From the NCBI RefSeq assembly GCF_049969415.1, contig NZ_JBMFOX010000024.1, positions 1-19,427 on the forward strand: a DNA stretch of 19,427 nucleotides, in the 5' to 3' direction. The position numbers and the translations under genes are program-made. Shown piece after piece: positions 15,479 to 19,427 of this stretch. Within the stretch, counting starts at the first letter, position 1. Each line of letters starts with the position of its first letter. The notes under the pieces were generated by a model that worked only from the letters and a program-made list of their open reading frames with translations, was not told the origin of the DNA and searched no databases. The stretch is from Candidatus Hadarchaeum sp. (GTDB lineage: Archaea > Hadarchaeota > Hadarchaeia > Hadarchaeales > Hadarchaeaceae).

Positions 15479-16704
15479 CCCTCAATCTCCTTCATCGCCT
15501 TCTTGAAGAGCCTCAGCGCCTGTTCACGGTCATCCCATTTGACAAAGAAGCTGATCGATGCCCGGCTGGAAATTATCTCAATGATGTTGATTTTGGCCTG
15601 GGCGAGGGGCTCGGTGAGCTTCGCAATGACGCCCGGCGCGTAAATAAAGCGCTCGCTCTCGGTCACTATCATGGCGATGTTGCCCTCGCCTGTGATTGCC
15701 TTCAGCTTGCTGCTCAGCACCACCTGGTGGAGGAGATCCATCGCCCTCTTCGCGTCCTCCTCTGCCAAATAAATGGAAAAGGACCTGGGACCGATGGAAA
15801 CTGCGTAAATATTTATCCTCGCCCTGCTCAACGGGGCCGAAAACTTGGCGAGAATGCCTGGGGTTGTTTGCATGGACTCACCCACAATCGTCAGCATCGC
15901 CAGTGGTTTTTCATGCAGCCATACTCCGGACAGATTATCACCCCTCGGGCCAATTATCCTTGTTCCCTCCGCACGTAAATTACCATGCCTATAATGTATA
16001 ACCTTGGCGCTTATCTCCGGATCCTTGTAGGCCATGGCCCTCGGGTGCATCACCTGGGCCCCAAACCGGGCGAGATCGGTCATCTCCTCGACCGTGATGC
16101 TCTTCAGAAGCCGGGCACCTGAGATTTTGTTCGGGTCGGCCGTCATGACTCCCTCAACATCAGTCACGATGATCACCTCATCGGCCTTCAGGCACCTGCC
16201 TATCAGAAAAGCGGTGATATCGCTGCCCCCCCTGCCAATTGTCGTCACATTGCCCTCCCGGTCACGCCCCAAAAAGCCGCAGATGACAGGGACCACGCCC
16301 TTCTCGAGGAGAGGAACGATAAACCTCTGCACCCGCCGCTTGGTCGACTCGAAGTCGATATTCGCCATGCCGAAGTTGCTGTCGGTGATTACCGGCCAGT
16401 TCTCCATGCCCGGATCCAGATAGACCGACTTTACCCCCAAGCTCTTCAGGGCCGCGGAGAAAATGCGGGCGCTGGTGCGCTCACCCATCGCCAGGATATC
16501 ATCGAAATCCCAGGGATCAATCCTGCCCTGGGTGCTGCCCTTGGCCGCCTGCACCAGATCGTCGGTATACTGACCCATCGCCGAGACCACAACAGCGATC
16601 TGGGTCCCCTTTCTGTACTCATCGTGAACTGATTTGGCCCCAAGCCTGATGCGATTGGCATTGCCCACGCTGGTCCCGCCGAACTTCACCACAACGCGCC
16701 TCAT
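15475..16704 (-). CDS. lysC: Aspartate kinase with two ACT domains
   Basis: VVKFGGTSV, VVSAMG, TTIGRGGSD, TDVEGVMTADP and GAQVMHPRA. Confidence 0.95.
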   Translation of the reverse strand: MRRVVVKFGGTSVGNANRIRLGAKSVHDEYRKGTQIAVVVSAMGQYTDDLVQAAKGSTQGRIDPWDFDDILAMGERTSARIFSAALKSLGVKSVYLDPGMENWPVITDSNFGMANIDFESTKRRVQRFIVPLLEKGVVPVICGFLGRDREGNVTTIGRGGSDITAFLIGRCLKADEVIIVTDVEGVMTADPNKISGARLLKSITVEEMTDLARFGAQVMHPRAMAYKDPEISAKVIHYRHGNLRAEGTRIIGPRGDNLSGVWLHEKPLAMLTIVGESMQTTPGILAKFSAPLSRARINIYAVSIGPRSFSIYLAEEDAKRAMDLLHQVVLSSKLKAITGEGNIAMIVTESERFIYAPGVIAKLTEPLAQAKINIIEIISSRASISFFVKWDDREQALRLFKKAMKEIEG

Positions 16705-18014
16705 AACAACCAGCTCGGAATCTGGTCGAGTCGGGTCAGGTCCTCGTAAGTCTCTCTTTTCCTCACGACCTCAGCCTTATCTCCGTTAACCAAGACCATC
16801 GCCGGCCGCGGCTGGGCGGTGTGCTGGCAGGCCATGGCTAGGCCATAGGCGCCGACATCAAAGACCACGGCCAGATCACCCGGCTCTACCTTTGGCAGTT
16901 TCCTATCCTTCCCGAGAAAATCCCCAGACTCGCAAAGTGGTCCAGCCACATTAACCAAGTGCTCGTTTCTCTGGTTCATCTTGTTGGCGAGTTCAATGTG
17001 GTGGTAAGCTCCATAGAGGGCAGGCCTCATCAGGGCATTCATGCCGGCATCCACTGCCACCCAGTCGGGCATCCCCGGGCGCTCCTTCGTGTAACCAACC
17101 CTCGCCAGTAACACGCAGGCGTCTGCGACTATGAAACGACCCGGCTCTAATAGCAGCGTTGGTTTCTCCAGTCCCTTTTCCTGTACCACCCGCCTCACCA
17201 CGCCAACTACCTTCTCCGCCACCTCTTCCGGAGGCAGTTCTCTATCCTCCGGTTTATAGGGAATTCCGATACCGCCGCCTAGGTCGACGAACTTGAGGTC
17301 AATGCCGAATCGTTCCTTGATCTCGCTGACGATCTTCATGAGCTTTTCCGCCTCCTCCACGAACGGGGCCGCATCAAGGATTTGAGAACCTACATTAGCA
17401 TGGATGCCCAGTATCTCAACCGAGGACATTTCTTTGGCCCGCTTGTAGGCCGCCAAGGCCTGGCCGCTGATGACGTCAAAGCCGAACTTGCTTTCCCTGA
17501 GACCGACGGCGATGTAGGGGTGTGTATCGGCTCGGATATCTGGGTTTATCCTGAAACCGATCCTCGCCCGCTTGCCCAGCCGGAGCGCGATTTTATCGAT
17601 CGCCTCCAGCTCCTGAAAGCTGTCGACGTTAATCAGGATATCGTTAAGTATGGCCAGCTCCAGCTCACGTTGGGTCTTGTAATTGCCGTTGAAAACGATC
17701 TTTTCACCGGGGATGCCCACCTTCAGGGCGATCCTCAGCTCCGTCTCCGAGCTGACATCGGCGCCCGCTCCTTCTGACTGGAGGACCTTCACCACGGCCA
17801 TGTTCGAGTTGGCCTTGAGGGCATAGTGGACCCTTGCCTCGGACCATTGGCTAGAGAAGGCTCGATAGAAGCGCCGGTATCTCTCCCGGATCCGCTGCTC
17901 ATCAACAACGTATAGTGGGGTGCCAAACCTCTCGGCCAGCTCCACCGCGTCTAACCGGCCGACCACCAAGTGGCCCAGCGAGTTCACCGAAAAGTGTTCC
18001 TTGAGCATCAGCAT
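16701..18014 (-). CDS. lysA: Diaminopimelate decarboxylase with atypical active-site residues (start ATG 18014 or 18008)
   Basis: GTPLYVVD, YALKANS (PLP Lys), SKFG, DLGGG, EPGR, RPALY, GPLCESGD and GAYG, in a lysine operon. Confidence 0.9.
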   Translation of the reverse strand: MLMLKEHFSVNSLGHLVVGRLDAVELAERFGTPLYVVDEQRIRERYRRFYRAFSSQWSEARVHYALKANSNMAVVKVLQSEGAGADVSSETELRIALKVGIPGEKIVFNGNYKTQRELELAILNDILINVDSFQELEAIDKIALRLGKRARIGFRINPDIRADTHPYIAVGLRESKFGFDVISGQALAAYKRAKEMSSVEILGIHANVGSQILDAAPFVEEAEKLMKIVSEIKERFGIDLKFVDLGGGIGIPYKPEDRELPPEEVAEKVVGVVRRVVQEKGLEKPTLLLEPGRFIVADACVLLARVGYTKERPGMPDWVAVDAGMNALMRPALYGAYHHIELANKMNQRNEHLVNVAGPLCESGDFLGKDRKLPKVEPGDLAVVFDVGAYGLAMACQHTAQPRPAMVLVNGDKAEVVRKRETYEDLTRLDQIPSWLL

Positions 18015-19363
18015 TTTCGCTCGACCTCTCGCAGGGACTCCTCGAGGAGATCTAGGCCGAGGTCGAGTTCTCGCTCAGTAATTGTCAGCGGGGGTGCAAT
18101 CCTTATGCTCGCATTGCCGCCTCTGAAGACAATCAGGCCCCGCTTCAAGGCCTCGGCCACGATCATGTCACGCTCCTTGACTCCGTGCTGCTTCTTCTCC
18201 TTGTCCTTGACTATCTCCAAGGCCAGCATCAGGCCCAGCCCCCGGGCTTCCCCGATTATCTTCGAGTTCTCTTCCATCTCCTTCAGCCTCCGTAAAGCCC
18301 TTTCGCCGAGATCGGCCGCCCTCTTAACGAGCTTCTGCTCCTCAAGGATCTTCAACCCCTCAATTGCCGCAGCGCAGGCGACGATATTGCCGCCGAAGGT
18401 CGAGGCGTGGGCGCCAGGTTCCCAGTCCATCACCTCGGCCCGAGCAATTATGGCGCCTATCGGAGCTATGCCGCAGGAAAGCGCCTTGGCCAAACAGATG
18501 ATGTCAGGAACAACCCCCCAGTGCTCGATGGCAAACATTTTACCGGAACGCCCCAGACCGGTCTGAACCTCATCAACTATGAAGAGCCAGCCGTGCTCGT
18601 CGCAGAGTTCCTTGATCAACTGGTAATATCCCGGCGGCGGTATGATGTAACCTGAATTTCCCTGGATGGGTTCGGTGATAATTGCCGCCACCTCCTCCGG
18701 CGGCACGACCTTCTTCAGCTGATCCCGGATGAAATCCACGCAGAAAAATCCACAGCCGGGATGGCTCTTGCCAAACGGGCAGCGGTAGCAGTAAGGATAT
18801 GGAAGGTGGGTGACTCCGGGGACCAGCGGCGAGAAGTAGCGGTGGTGCAGCACATTTGTGGAGGAAAGGCTCATCGCGCCAAAGGTTCGACCGTGAAAGG
18901 CACCGGTGAACGCTAGCATCCTCGGGCGGCGGGTGTGCCAGCGAGCGCACTTAAACGCCGCTTCAACGGCCTCCGCCCCGGAATTCCCGAAGTACACCCT
19001 CTTGGGGAAATCACCCGGAGTTATCTTCACCAGACGCTCAGCTAGCTCGACCTGGGCGGGGTAGTAGAAATCTGTGCCCGCAAAATGGGTCAACTTCCTG
19101 GCCTGCCTGACCACGGCCCTGACGATGCGGGGATGCGAGTAGCCGTAGTTCAGAACAAACATGCCGGAGGAAAGGTCCAGAAACACGTTGCCGTCTAGGT
19201 CCCTAACATAGCATCCCCAGCCCTCCTCCGCCGCAATTGGTTCGGTCCTGGTGTAGGAAGGCGACATCACCTTCTCATCCCGGGCCACGAGTTCCCTCGC
19301 CTTGGGTCCAGGAATTTCCCTGATCACCCTCGGTCCGCCCTTGATCCACGAAGGCCTTGACAT
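18008..19363 (-). CDS. Class III PLP-dependent aminotransferase (ArgD/GabT/OAT family), first gene of the lysine operon
   Basis: DLDGNVFLD, NSGAEAVEAA, GAFHGRT, EPIQG, DEVQTGLGRSG, LAKAL, STFGGN and IRIAPPL. Its stop overlaps the lysA start. Confidence 0.9.
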   Translation of the reverse strand: MSRPSWIKGGPRVIREIPGPKARELVARDEKVMSPSYTRTEPIAAEEGWGCYVRDLDGNVFLDLSSGMFVLNYGYSHPRIVRAVVRQARKLTHFAGTDFYYPAQVELAERLVKITPGDFPKRVYFGNSGAEAVEAAFKCARWHTRRPRMLAFTGAFHGRTFGAMSLSSTNVLHHRYFSPLVPGVTHLPYPYCYRCPFGKSHPGCGFFCVDFIRDQLKKVVPPEEVAAIITEPIQGNSGYIIPPPGYYQLIKELCDEHGWLFIVDEVQTGLGRSGKMFAIEHWGVVPDIICLAKALSCGIAPIGAIIARAEVMDWEPGAHASTFGGNIVACAAAIEGLKILEEQKLVKRAADLGERALRRLKEMEENSKIIGEARGLGLMLALEIVKDKEKKQHGVKERDMIVAEALKRGLIVFRGGNASIRIAPPLTITERELDLGLDLLEESLREVERKC

Positions 19364-19392
19364 GAGATCACACCAACTCCTTGCTTCTTTTC

Positions 19393-19410
19393 TCCTTAAA
19401 TATTTGAGGA
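19393..19410 (-). promoter_or_regulatory. TATA-containing near-perfect palindrome upstream of the lysine operon
   Basis: TCCTTAAATATTTGAGGA is an 18-nt dyad with one mismatched pair. It contains TATTTAAG on the minus strand, 30-47 nt upstream of the start codon. Confidence 0.45.
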
Positions 19411-19427
19411 AAAATCATTTTATCAAC

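Noticed and set aside
19364-19427. Lysine riboswitch or attenuator upstream of the lysine operon
   Set aside because: A TATA-like element sits only ~35-40 nt from the start codon, leaving no room for a structured leader.
1-19427. CRISPR arrays, IS elements, integrases, selenocysteine/pyrrolysine readthrough
   Set aside because: I saw no spaced direct repeats, no transposase or recombinase ORFs, and no in-frame stops interrupting conserved domains.

Overview
Archaeal chromosomal window, judged from GGTGA Shine-Dalgarno sites, TATA-like promoters, a DUF835 signalling domain, archaeal-type Asd and BHB-type tRNA introns. A Hadarchaeota/Bathyarchaeia-like origin is only an inference. In order it holds: a 5'-truncated PAS-PAS-GAF-DUF835 sensor; three small HTH proteins; a 2-TM basic coiled-coil protein; a MoaD/SAMP-like carrier plus a three-subunit xanthine-dehydrogenase-family molybdoenzyme; an MscL with a permuted cytoplasmic helix; an iscS-iscU-Cys-rich ORF operon with a degenerate IscS; two membrane proteins; and a DAP-type lysine cluster (class III aminotransferase-lysA-lysC-dapA-dapB, then asd). 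The main discovery is the apparently intergenic stretch 10949-11156, an initiator tRNA-Met(CAU) gene split into six exons by FIVE bulge-helix-bulge introns (positions 4/5, 30/31, 37/38, 45/46, 59/60). Removing them gives a fully paired 78-nt cloverleaf with encoded CCA. An unannotated 42-aa Cys/His micro-protein lies at 13172-13300.
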